Origin: Gaiellaceae bacterium
Lineage (GTDB): Bacteria > Actinomycetota > Thermoleophilia > Gaiellales > Gaiellaceae
Direction of reading: 5' to 3'
Assembly: GCA_035947475.1 (NCBI GenBank)
Contig: DASZKB010000061.1
Span: forward strand, 1-27,482
DNA: 27,482 bases
Shown here in pieces: positions 8,619-16,610 of this stretch (positions are counted from its first letter, which is position 1; every line of letters begins with the position of its first letter). Below the pieces are notes generated by a model that did not search any database, was not told the DNA's origin, and worked only from the letters and a program-made list of their open reading frames with translations. The translations under genes were made by a program, and so were the position numbers.

Positions 8619-9100
8619 TCCGCGAGCATGCCCTCGACGTGCGGTTGCTCCTCGTCGGGGGCATGGCGGGCGCGTCCGTACCGGAGCCAGCTCGCGGTGC
8701 TCTCGCACGCGTAGACGAGCGCGAGCACCACTGACGCGACGAGAAGCGCGGCGTGGAGGACCCCGGCGAGCGCGAAGAGCGAGGCGAGGAGCATGCGGCC
8801 GTCCCAGCCGCCGCCGATCGCCGCGATCCACGCGGGCGGGGCCGCGCGCTGATGACGGAGGCGGTACACGGTGTCGTAGTGGTGAAGGGCGATTACGGTC
8901 ACGAATGCGAAGCAGAGTGGCATCGCGTCACGATCGACGCTGCTCGTGAGGACGATCAGGAACGAGTACTCGAGGGCGCGAAGGAGCGGCGGGACGAGCC
9001 ACGCGAGGCGCCGCTCGCCGAGCGGGGCCGCTCGTCCGAGCACCCTGCCGACCGCGCGCGCGAGCGGCCCGTCGTCGCGGTAGGCCTCGAGCGCCGTCAT
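8615..9100 (-). CDS. Small membrane protein, DUF5941-like (resembles the C-terminal domain of actinobacterial CDP-alcohol phosphotransferase fusions)
   Basis: AWLVPPLLRALEY, HHYDTVYRLR, GGGWDGR. ATGA overlaps at both ends (9097-9100 and 8615-8618). Family name recalled from memory. Confidence 0.62.
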   Translation of the reverse strand: MTALEAYRDDGPLARAVGRVLGRAAPLGERRLAWLVPPLLRALEYSFLIVLTSSVDRDAMPLCFAFVTVIALHHYDTVYRLRHQRAAPPAWIAAIGGGWDGRMLLASLFALAGVLHAALLVASVVLALVYACESTASWLRYGRARHAPDEEQPHVEGMLAE

Positions 9101-10899
9101 CGGGCGAGCGCGGCGAGCGTGCGGCCGGCCACCGCGTACGCGGCGGCGACGCCGCCCCAGGCGAGGAGGGCGATGAAGGTGACGCGGGGGTTCCAGATCG
9201 CGGCCGTGACGGCGATGAGGGCGAAGCGCTCGCCGATCGGGAGAACGAGGATCCGCTTGCCCCACCGCGTCCACGAGCGCCGGTCGAGCGCGCCCGCCGC
9301 CGCGACCGCGGAGAGCGCGACGCTCGAGAGGGTGACGCGGCTCTTCGCCGGCCGCTCGGCTGTGCCGCTCGCCGCGCCGGCCCCAGCCGGGACGGCGGAC
9401 GCCGGCGCCGGCGCGACCACCGTCGTCCCGCCCGCGCCTTCGGCCATGGCGAACGCCGCCACCGGGCTCGGCCTCGGTCGGGCGGGGAGATCGATCGTGA
9501 GCGGGGCGTCCTCGGGGTCGTCGAGCGGGAGCGTCGGCTCGATCGCCTCGTGCTGGCGGGCGGCGTAGGCGAAGTCGACCATGTGCCGGAACGTCTGGAG
9601 CGTGACGGCCGCGGCGGCTAGCAGCCAGACGTCGTCGCCGAAGCCACGCGTGGCGCCGATCGCAAGGCCGGCGTAGACGACGTACTCCTTCGACCGGTCG
9701 AAGACGGAGTCGAGCCAGGCGCCGAGCTTCGAGAACGTCCTCGTGTGGCGGGCGAGCTGTCCGTCGACGCAGTCGACCGTGAAGGCAGCGTGCAGGAGCA
9801 CCGCGCCCAGGACGAGGCTGACGCGGGTCCCGACGGCGAACGACGCGGCGGAGGCGACCCCGATCACGAACGACACGGTCGTCATCGCGTTCGGGGTCCA
9901 CCCGCGCCGCGCCGCGAAGCGCGCCATGTATTTCGAGTAGGGGCTCACGAAGAACGTGGTGAAGAACCCGTCCTGCGCCTTGACGGCCGCGTCGAGCGCC
10001 ACGCGGTCCTCGTCGATCTCCTCCATGTCGCTCATGGCGGTCTCCGCCGCTCCGACCGAGAGGGGCGTCGCGTAGAAGAAGCCCCTGAGGCTGTTTCGCG
10101 AGAGATGGACGCCGCTTCTCACGAGGCCGACGAGGAGGAGCGCGACGACGTCCTCGCGCGCCGCGCGCACGCGCAGCGAGACCTCGGCCTCGGTATCCGG
10201 GTCCAGCCGAATCGACGGCGGGAGCTCCATCGGGTCCGGAAACTCGCCGGTCTCGCGCTCGATCGCCATCCGCCAGAGCCGCGCGCGCCAATCCGCGACG
10301 GTGAGCGCCATCTGGTCGTCCCAGCGGTTCGGTCGCGGCTCCGTCACGAGCTCGGCGAACTCGCGTGCGGCGGCGACGAGCTGCGCCCGGTCGTGCGGAT
10401 CGACCTTCAGAAAGCCCAGGAAGTACGAGTTCGGAACCCCCACCCGGTGGTACGGCGACCCCGCGCTGACCACGCGTCCGCGCACGATCCGGACGCGGTA
10501 GGACCACAGCCCGCGCCCGTGCGACCCGGTGCCGAGGATCCCGGAGACGATGCGGGGGTCGGCGAGAAGCCCGGCCAGCGCCTCGCGGTGCGTGACGGCG
10601 TGCGCGTTGCCGACGAGCAGGCGGCCGGGCGCATCCGCCGCTATCCCTGCGACCGCGCGAAGGTCGTCCGCCTGGTCTTCCGACTCGACCACCGTGACGT
10701 CGACGCCGGCGCCGCGCGCCGCCTCCTCGACCGCTTCCCTCCACCCGGGTCGCGTCACGACCCAGGCGCGGCGCACGTCGAGGCTCTCGAGCGTCGCAAG
10801 AAGACGGACGAGCAGCGTCGAGCCGCGGGCCGGAAGCGCCGCGGCCGGGCGGCCGTCCGCGGCCGCAGCCGTAGCGAAGAGAAGCGCGCTGGTCGTCAC
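9097..10899 (-). CDS. CDP-alcohol phosphotransferase with an N-terminal degenerate nucleotidyltransferase-like domain
   Basis: KAQDGFFTTFFVSPYS, WTPNAMT, and a complete motif DCVDGQLAR-x8-GAWLDSVFD, then LPIGERF. The N-terminus resembles an NTP-transferase fold but lacks LAAGxGxR. GTG start at 10899 follows GAGGAG. Confidence 0.82.
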   Translation of the reverse strand: MTTSALLFATAAAADGRPAAALPARGSTLLVRLLATLESLDVRRAWVVTRPGWREAVEEAARGAGVDVTVVESEDQADDLRAVAGIAADAPGRLLVGNAHAVTHREALAGLLADPRIVSGILGTGSHGRGLWSYRVRIVRGRVVSAGSPYHRVGVPNSYFLGFLKVDPHDRAQLVAAAREFAELVTEPRPNRWDDQMALTVADWRARLWRMAIERETGEFPDPMELPPSIRLDPDTEAEVSLRVRAAREDVVALLLVGLVRSGVHLSRNSLRGFFYATPLSVGAAETAMSDMEEIDEDRVALDAAVKAQDGFFTTFFVSPYSKYMARFAARRGWTPNAMTTVSFVIGVASAASFAVGTRVSLVLGAVLLHAAFTVDCVDGQLARHTRTFSKLGAWLDSVFDRSKEYVVYAGLAIGATRGFGDDVWLLAAAAVTLQTFRHMVDFAYAARQHEAIEPTLPLDDPEDAPLTIDLPARPRPSPVAAFAMAEGAGGTTVVAPAPASAVPAGAGAASGTAERPAKSRVTLSSVALSAVAAAGALDRRSWTRWGKRILVLPIGERFALIAVTAAIWNPRVTFIALLAWGGVAAAYAVAGRTLAALAR

Positions 10900-10921
10900 C
10901 GTGCCGCGGTCACTCCTCGAG

Positions 10922-12208
10922 TCAGCGCTGAGACCCGACGGTAACGGGCGGCGCGTCCGAAGGCGTCGGCGGACGGTCCGGCCCCGGGGGGACGCCGGCA
11001 AGGTCGGAGAGGAGGTCGGCCCACTCGCGCCCGATCTCCTCGAGGCTGTAACGGCGGGCGGTCTCGAGCGCGGCGTCCCCCATGCGCCGGCGCTTCTCGT
11101 CGTCCTCGATCACCTCGAGGAGCGCCGAGGCGAAGGCGTCGACGTCGCCGTTCGGGACGAGCAGGCCGTTCTCACCGGGCGCGATCACCTGGCGAGGGCC
11201 GGTCGGGCAATCGAAGCTCACCACCGGCAGCCGCTTGCTCATCGCCTCGATGAGCACCATCGGAAGCCCCTCGAACCGCGAGCTCAGCGCGAAGACCGAC
11301 GCCTTCGCGAGCTCGCGTCCGAGCTCCTGCGTCCTCGGGATGAGCGCGACATGGTTGTAGAGCTCGTGCTCGAAGACGAGCCTCCGGAGCTCGCCGAGCT
11401 TCTCGCCGCTCCCGTAGATGCGGAGCTTCCACTCCGGGTGGCGCTCGACGACGCGGGCGAACGCCGGGATGAGCCGGTCGAAGCCCTTCTGCGACGTGAG
11501 GCGCCCGGCGGCGAGGACGAGCGGGTTCGAGAGCGTCGAGACGCCGCCTTCGAGCTCGGGCAGCGCGTTCGGGATGCAGACCATCCGAGTGGCCGGCGGA
11601 AGGACGTCCGCGTAAGTGCCGAGGTCGTCCTCCGTCAGGACCGCGAGCGCGTCGAGCTTCGGGTAGCGGCGCGAGATGTCCCCTGCCAGCCCGGCCCTGT
11701 AGGTGCGGAAGTTCAGGTGCTCCTGGCCGACGGTGATCACGTTCGGCGGGGCGAGCTCGGCCGAGATGAGGTTGAGCGCCGGGCGGGTCGCGATCAGGAC
11801 GCCGTCCGAGAGAGAACGCAGCTTTCGGGCGAGCACGACGTCGGTCCAGAGCGACGACGCTCGGTAGGAGTGGTCCTGCGGGTGGACGAGGACGCTCGGG
11901 ACCTTTCGCAGGAGGGCGTCGAGCCGCCCCCGCGGACCGCTCGCCTCGGGCGTCTGGTCGTCGAGGGTGGTGACCTTCACGCCGGGCGGAAACGGGAAGA
12001 ACGGCTCGCGGCGCCTCCGGAGGACGCTGATCACCTCCACGTCGTGGTCGCGCGCCAGGTAGCCGGCGAGGTTGAGGACGGTCCGGATCGTTCCGCCCAT
12101 CCCGTAGGCGTGCACGATCAGGAAGTGGATCTTGAGCGGGCGGTCGAGCGGCGAGCGCGTGGCGCGCGGCCGCTCGTCGCGGCCCCGGCGGAGCGACCGG
12201 AAGGCGAG
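10922..12208 (-). CDS. GT4 glycosyltransferase (AmsD-like/TagE-like) domain; no canonical start, probably the C-terminal part of a frameshifted gene that begins at 12807
   Basis: LKIHFLIVHAYGMGGTIRT, GQEHLN, AAGRLTSQKGFD, SSRFEGLPMVLIEAM, FDCPTGP. The first beta strand (KIHFLI) lies upstream of GTG 12115, and there is no ATG/GTG/TTG back to the in-frame stop near 12390. Confidence 0.85.
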   Translation of the reverse strand, partial: LAFRSLRRGRDERPRATRSPLDRPLKIHFLIVHAYGMGGTIRTVLNLAGYLARDHDVEVISVLRRRREPFFPFPPGVKVTTLDDQTPEASGPRGRLDALLRKVPSVLVHPQDHSYRASSLWTDVVLARKLRSLSDGVLIATRPALNLISAELAPPNVITVGQEHLNFRTYRAGLAGDISRRYPKLDALAVLTEDDLGTYADVLPPATRMVCIPNALPELEGGVSTLSNPLVLAAGRLTSQKGFDRLIPAFARVVERHPEWKLRIYGSGEKLGELRRLVFEHELYNHVALIPRTQELGRELAKASVFALSSRFEGLPMVLIEAMSKRLPVVSFDCPTGPRQVIAPGENGLLVPNGDVDAFASALLEVIEDDEKRRRMGDAALETARRYSLEEIGREWADLLSDLAGVPPGPDRPPTPSDAPPVTVGSQR

Positions 12209-12807
12209 TGCTCGGCGCGCAAGGCGGCCGAGAGGAGGGCGCGCTCGCCCATGCGGAGCGTCCGCCCGGACGCGGCGGAGGGCGGGGTCGCGGGGGCGTC
12301 CGCCGGCTCTTTGGAAGGACGCGCGGGGCTCGAGCGGAGGGAGAGGTTGTTCTTCACCGTGAAGTACGGCTCGAGCCAGCGGGTCTCGTCACCGGTGCGA
12401 ACTGCGGCCGCGGGGTACACGAGGACGTCCTTCTTCTTCGCGAGGTCGTCGAGGTGGCGGCCCACGCGAAGCTCGCCGACGCTTTCGACGTGGAGGTACA
12501 GGTCCCAGACCGCATCCTCGGGAGCGCCCGCTCCGACGAGCGTTTCGAGATCGAGCTCGGCCGAGAACCGCCCGTCGGCCGCACTCGCGTCGCGCTGAAC
12601 CTCAGCGCTGCCGTCACGCTCGCGCGCGAGGAGCACCACGCGGCCGCTCAGCCCCCCGGCAGGCGAGTCCGGAAGCGTGCCGGCGAGCGCGACGCGCGCG
12701 CCGCGCACCCATACTTCTTCGACCTCGGCGTGGGGCGAGATGCCGCCTACCTCCTCAGGGGTCCGGGCCGCCGCCGGCCGCGCGCCGCTATCTTCCTGTG
12801 ATCGCAT
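12118..12807 (-). CDS. Beta-rich accessory domain of the kind seen in teichoic-acid-type glycosyl/phosphotransferases; probably the N-terminal half of the adjacent GT4
   Basis: FSAELDL, VWDLYL, RVGRHLDDLAKKKDVLVYP, EPYFTVKNNLSL. After about codon 200 the sequence turns into low-complexity Ser/Arg, as GC3 bias moves to the GT4 frame. Confidence 0.6.
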   Translation of the reverse strand: MRSQEDSGARPAAARTPEEVGGISPHAEVEEVWVRGARVALAGTLPDSPAGGLSGRVVLLARERDGSAEVQRDASAADGRFSAELDLETLVGAGAPEDAVWDLYLHVESVGELRVGRHLDDLAKKKDVLVYPAAAVRTGDETRWLEPYFTVKNNLSLRSSPARPSKEPADAPATPPSAASGRTLRMGERALLSAALRAEHSPSGRSAGAATSGRAPRARRSTARSRSTS

Positions 12808-12846
12808 CGTCCGGCTTCCAATGCGCCCTGCCGTCGGGCGGGCCTG

Positions 12847-12852
12847 AGTTTA
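12847..12852 (-). promoter_or_regulatory. Candidate -10 hexamer (TAAACT) for the long minus-strand operon 12807->6093
   Basis: TANNNT in the divergent intergenic gap 12808-12922. Confidence 0.35.
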
Positions 12853-12922
12853 GCCGTCGCGTCTTCTCCGTCGGCCCGTTCGAAGAGCCCTCGAGAGGCT
12901 CAAGGAAGCGGTCGACCGGCCG

Positions 12923-14230
12923 ATGAAGGTAGCGATGGCGCGCCTCGTGACACTCGCGGCCGCGGCTGCGCTCGCTGCGGTCGTCGCGCTCGCCGCGGCT
13001 CCGCGCGCCGAGGCGGCGCGGGCGCCGTGCATCCCTGGGGCCGGCAAGCCGCTGTGCTACTGGACGAAGGGGAAGGTCACGTTCGTCGCCGACGGCGACA
13101 CGCTCGACGTCGACGTCCAGGGCGACGGGACGTCGAGGCCGATCCGCGTGCGGATGATCGGGATCAACGCGATGGAGATGTCCGTCTACAGCCGCTACCG
13201 CGACCGGCGGAGAGGCGCGTGCCACGCGCTCGAGGCGACGTCGAGGCTGCAGCGTCTCGTCCGCGGCAGCCGCCGCGTCGTCCGGCTCTCGTCGCAGGGA
13301 CGGGTGAGCAAGGCGGGGCGGCGCTATCGGCGTTCGGTGGCAGTGCGCGTCGGCGGCCGCTGGCGCGACGCCGGCCAGATCCTGGTCAACGAGGGGCACG
13401 TGCTCTGGCTGGCGGCCGGGTCGGAGTGGGCGCACAACACGCGCTACGCGGTCGGCGCGCAGCGAGCCAAGGCGGCGGGTCTGCGGATCTGGAACCCGCG
13501 CTACTGCGGATCCGACTCGTCGGATGCCGTGCCGCTCCGGATGTGGGTGAACTGGGACGCGGACGGCCGCGACCCCCAGAACCTGAACGGCGAGTGGGTG
13601 CGGATCAAGAACCAGGGCACGAGCGCTCTCGCGATCGGCGGGTGGTGGCTCCGCGACTCGTTCCTGAAGCGCTTCACGTTCCCGGCCGGCGCCGTTATCC
13701 CGGCGGGGGGAGCGATCGCGCTCTTCGTCGGCAGCCGCGGCGGCGACACCAACACGAGCACGCATTTCTACTGGGGCCGGACGCGGCCGATCTTCGACAA
13801 CGCGGGCGGTCCGAGGGGAATGGGCGACGGCGCCTACCTCTTCGACCGCCACGGCGACATCCGGGCCTCGATGATGTATCCGTGCCGGTACGCGTGCTCC
13901 GACCCCCTCGCGAGCGCGCTCGAGGTAAGCGCGCACCCTTCCCGCCCGGAGGAGGTCTACGTCCGCAACGCGAGCTCCGCCGCCGTCGACCTCGAGGGGT
14001 ACGTCGTCGAGAACCCGCCGTACATCTACAGCTTCGGGGCGGGCACGATCCTCGCGCCCGGCGAGCGGCTGCGTCTCGTCGTGATCGGCCGTCCCGCCGA
14101 CGACACGGCCCTCGTGAAGCACTGGGGGAAGTCGAGATACATCCTTGACGACGCGGGCGACGTCGTACGCCTCCGCACGCAGACGAACATCACGATCGAC
14201 TGCTTCTCCTGGGGCAGGGGATCCTGCTGA
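12923..14230 (+). CDS. Secreted thermonuclease (SNase) domain protein with two lamin-tail domains
   Basis: Ala-rich signal peptide ending AEA-A (start may be ATG 12935). SNase motifs VADGDT and RMIGINAME. LTD1 NGEWVRIKN..IGGWWLRD..FTFP..GDGAYLFD. LTD2 EEVYVRN..VDLEGY..GDVVRL. Confidence 0.8.
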   Translation: MKVAMARLVTLAAAAALAAVVALAAAPRAEAARAPCIPGAGKPLCYWTKGKVTFVADGDTLDVDVQGDGTSRPIRVRMIGINAMEMSVYSRYRDRRRGACHALEATSRLQRLVRGSRRVVRLSSQGRVSKAGRRYRRSVAVRVGGRWRDAGQILVNEGHVLWLAAGSEWAHNTRYAVGAQRAKAAGLRIWNPRYCGSDSSDAVPLRMWVNWDADGRDPQNLNGEWVRIKNQGTSALAIGGWWLRDSFLKRFTFPAGAVIPAGGAIALFVGSRGGDTNTSTHFYWGRTRPIFDNAGGPRGMGDGAYLFDRHGDIRASMMYPCRYACSDPLASALEVSAHPSRPEEVYVRNASSAAVDLEGYVVENPPYIYSFGAGTILAPGERLRLVVIGRPADDTALVKHWGKSRYILDDAGDVVRLRTQTNITIDCFSWGRGSC

Positions 14231-14263
14231 CGCGGCCGCCCGCGTATCGTTGGCGGGCGACCG

Positions 14264-14812
14264 GTGCCGAATCCGAAGATCCAGGCCAAGTTCTTCGAGA
14301 TCATCCGTGAGAGCGGCATCCGCCCGGCGCGCGCGCTCGAGATCGGCGGGTATCTCAACCACAACTCCCTCTTGATCGCGCCCGAGCTCGAGGCGACCGA
14401 GCGCTACTGCCTCAACCTGATGCGGATGCGCGCCGACACGCCGATGAAGGCCGTGGTCGGGAACTCGAACGACATGCACATGTTCGACGACGAGTCGTTC
14501 GACCTGGTCGTCTCGAACGCGACCTTCGAGCACGACAAGTACTTCTGGCTCTCCCTCGCGGAGATCCGCCGCGTCACCCGAGCCGGCGGCATGGTGATCA
14601 TCGGGGTGCCGGGGTACACGAAGAACGCCAAGCGCGTCGGGGCCAGGGGCACGATCACGTTCGCGGTCCACTACCGCTTCGACTACTACCGTTTCAGCGA
14701 GCAGGCCGTCCGCGACGTCTTCTTCGAGGGCATGGACGACGTCCAAGTGCTCTCGATGCTTCGGCCGCCGCGCATCATCGGCCACGGCCGCAAGCCGGCG
14801 CGGCTCTCCTAG
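14264..14812 (+). CDS. Small class I SAM-dependent methyltransferase (Methyltransf_11-like)
   Basis: ALEIGG, FDDESFDLVVSNATFEH, EIRRVTRAGGMVIIGVP, DYYRFS. TATCGT (-10-like) at 14245-14250. Confidence 0.72.
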   Translation: MPNPKIQAKFFEIIRESGIRPARALEIGGYLNHNSLLIAPELEATERYCLNLMRMRADTPMKAVVGNSNDMHMFDDESFDLVVSNATFEHDKYFWLSLAEIRRVTRAGGMVIIGVPGYTKNAKRVGARGTITFAVHYRFDYYRFSEQAVRDVFFEGMDDVQVLSMLRPPRIIGHGRKPARLS

Positions 14813-14841
14813 CACCGGGTCGGCGGCGCACGCCGCTTCTG

Positions 14842-14847
14842 TATCCT
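14842..14847 (+). promoter_or_regulatory. Candidate -10 (TATCCT) 8 nt before GTG 14856; probable leaderless transcript
   Basis: TANNNT at leaderless spacing, and no Shine-Dalgarno before the start. Confidence 0.42.
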
Positions 14848-14855
14848 CGCGCCGC

Positions 14856-15725
14856 GTGCGCTGGCACAGGATCAACCGGCTGCTTCGGCCGACCGGGTTC
14901 AAGGTGGTCCGCGCCGAAGCGTCCAAGCCGCCCAAGCGACGGGCGCGCGGCATCGCGTCGGATCCCGTCTACGACCGGCTGGTGACCACGCCTGTCTTCA
15001 TCCTCGCGTCGATCCGGTCCGGCTCGACGCTTCTCCGGGTGCTCTTGAACACGCACTCGCAGCTTCACGCGCCGCACGAGCTTCACCTTCCCGGGATGCG
15101 CGTCGAGCTCGGGTCGCGCTACGCCATGCGCGCGATCGAGGAGCTCGGCCTCGACGCGACGGCGCTCGACTACCTCCTCTGGGACCGGGTGCTTCATCGG
15201 GAGCTCACGAAGAGCGGCAAGAAGCACATCGTGGAGAAGACCCCGAGCAACGTCTTCATCTGGCGTCGCATCGTCGAGTGCTGGCCCGATGCACGCTTCA
15301 TCTTCCTCCTCCGCCACCCGGTCGCGATCGCGCGGTCGCGGCAGCTCGCCTGGGGCCGCGAGCTGAGCGGCGAGAACCAGAGGAAGGTGCTGGGGTTCAT
15401 GAACGGCCTGGAGAGAGCCCGCCGTCACCTCGACGGGCTCACGATCCGGTACGAGGACCTGACCACGGATCCCGAACGGGTGACGCAGGAGGTGTGCGCC
15501 TTCCTTGGCGTGGAGTGGGAGCCGCAGATGCTGGATTACGGGCGAGTCGACCATGGCCGCTACGAGCCCGGCCTCGGTGACTGGGGCGAGCGCATCAGAA
15601 CGGGCGAGATCCTGCCGCCGCGCCCAATTCCCGACGGCGAGATCCCCGAGCGTCTGCTCAGGCTTTGCCGCGCGTGGGGGTACGTCGAGAAGCCGGCCGC
15701 GGCCGGCTCTCCGACGCGCCGCTAG
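14856..15725 (+). CDS. PAPS-dependent sulfotransferase (Sulfotransfer_3 type)
   Basis: 5'-PSB loop PVFILASIRSGSTLLR, EKTP, 3'-PB motif FLLRHPVAIARS, IRYEDL, VCAFLGVEW. Confidence 0.87.
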   Translation: MRWHRINRLLRPTGFKVVRAEASKPPKRRARGIASDPVYDRLVTTPVFILASIRSGSTLLRVLLNTHSQLHAPHELHLPGMRVELGSRYAMRAIEELGLDATALDYLLWDRVLHRELTKSGKKHIVEKTPSNVFIWRRIVECWPDARFIFLLRHPVAIARSRQLAWGRELSGENQRKVLGFMNGLERARRHLDGLTIRYEDLTTDPERVTQEVCAFLGVEWEPQMLDYGRVDHGRYEPGLGDWGERIRTGEILPPRPIPDGEIPERLLRLCRAWGYVEKPAAAGSPTRR

Positions 15726-16492
15726 AGGGCGAGCCGCCGTCTCACGCGCTTGGCGAAGGAGGGCGGGCGCTCGGCGTCCGCGCGGCCGCCGGGCCGGCCT
15801 GCTCTAGCCGGCCGAGGAGGCGAGTCGCCATCGAGCTGGGCACGCAGATCCAGAGCGCCGTACCGGCCGGTTATGTCGACGAACTCGAATCCGCGGGCCG
15901 CCTTCTCGAGGAGGAACTGGTTGTGCGGGAGACCGTAGATCCGGGCGCCTACCGCTTCGGCGAAGTGGACCGCGAACGGGAAGACGAGCGTCGGTTCGAA
16001 GTCGCGCCCGTGCTGCCAGATCGAGGCGCTGAAGTCGTCGCCGCCGATCCAGCCTCCGTCCTTCACCTTCGGGAAGACCTTCACGAGGTCGACGGTGATC
16101 CCGCGCAAGGTGTGGTCGCCGTCGATATACGCGAAGTCGAGCGTCCCGTCCGGCATCCGATCGATCACTTCGCTCGTCTTTCCGCGCAGGACGATCCGCT
16201 TGTCGGCGTAAGCGCCCGTGCGCGCCATCGCCTCCTCGAAGAAGCGCTCGAAGACGTCGTCCGCCTTGTTCGCCGGCTTGTTCCAGTCGTCGAGGTGCCG
16301 CCAGGGGTCGATCATGTAGTAGGACGCGACGGCCGGGCACTCTGCGAGCAGCCGCTCGGCGAAAGCGCCCCGGTAGACGCCGATCTCGGCCACGTCGCGC
16401 GCCTCCACGCCGTTCACGAGCGAGACCCAGAGATCGACGCGCGTGGGGGCCCCGGCCGCCCACTCACGAAGCTTGTCCTCACTCGCCTGCAC
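15722..16492 (-). CDS. Class I SAM-dependent O-methyltransferase (Methyltransf_24-like)
   Basis: AEIGVYRG, IDPW, LDFAYIDGDHT, KVKDGGWIGGDDF. Probable start GTG 16492 (16513 is an alternative). The ORF-track start at 16762 overlaps the divergent sulfotransferase. Confidence 0.8.
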   Translation of the reverse strand: MQASEDKLREWAAGAPTRVDLWVSLVNGVEARDVAEIGVYRGAFAERLLAECPAVASYYMIDPWRHLDDWNKPANKADDVFERFFEEAMARTGAYADKRIVLRGKTSEVIDRMPDGTLDFAYIDGDHTLRGITVDLVKVFPKVKDGGWIGGDDFSASIWQHGRDFEPTLVFPFAVHFAEAVGARIYGLPHNQFLLEKAARGFEFVDITGRYGALDLRAQLDGDSPPRPARAGRPGGRADAERPPSFAKRVRRRLAL

Positions 16493-16596
16493 GGCTGATG
16501 CGCGGTCTCCCACGGACGTCGACAGGTTCGTCGCGGGGTCAGGATAGTCGCGCGGAGCGGTCGCCCCGAGGCGGCGGAGGCCCGGCGGCGCTCGGA

Positions 16597-16602
16597 TACG
16601 CT
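16597..16602 (+). promoter_or_regulatory. Candidate -10 (TACGCT) 8 nt before ATG 16611; probable leaderless transcript
   Basis: TANNNT at leaderless spacing with no RBS. Confidence 0.42.
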
Positions 16603-16610
16603 GTGCGCCG

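Noticed and set aside
9330-9540. Ala/Pro/Gly-rich stretch as a repeat or insertion element
   Set aside because: No tandem unit, terminal repeats or target duplication. It stays in frame and reads as a flexible loop.
12885-12901. Imperfect palindrome GAGCC-CTCGAG-A-GGCTC in the divergent gap
   Set aside because: Single, short and imperfect, with no regulator gene nearby. Not distinguishable from chance.
13530-14227. Eukaryote-derived lamin sequence
   Set aside because: Lamin-tail domains are common in secreted bacterial nucleases and hydrolases, and codon style matches the neighbouring genes.
14823-14840. GCGGC-GCAC-GCCGC hairpin followed by TTCT after the small methyltransferase
   Set aside because: A 5-bp stem and a poor U-tract are too weak to call a terminator.
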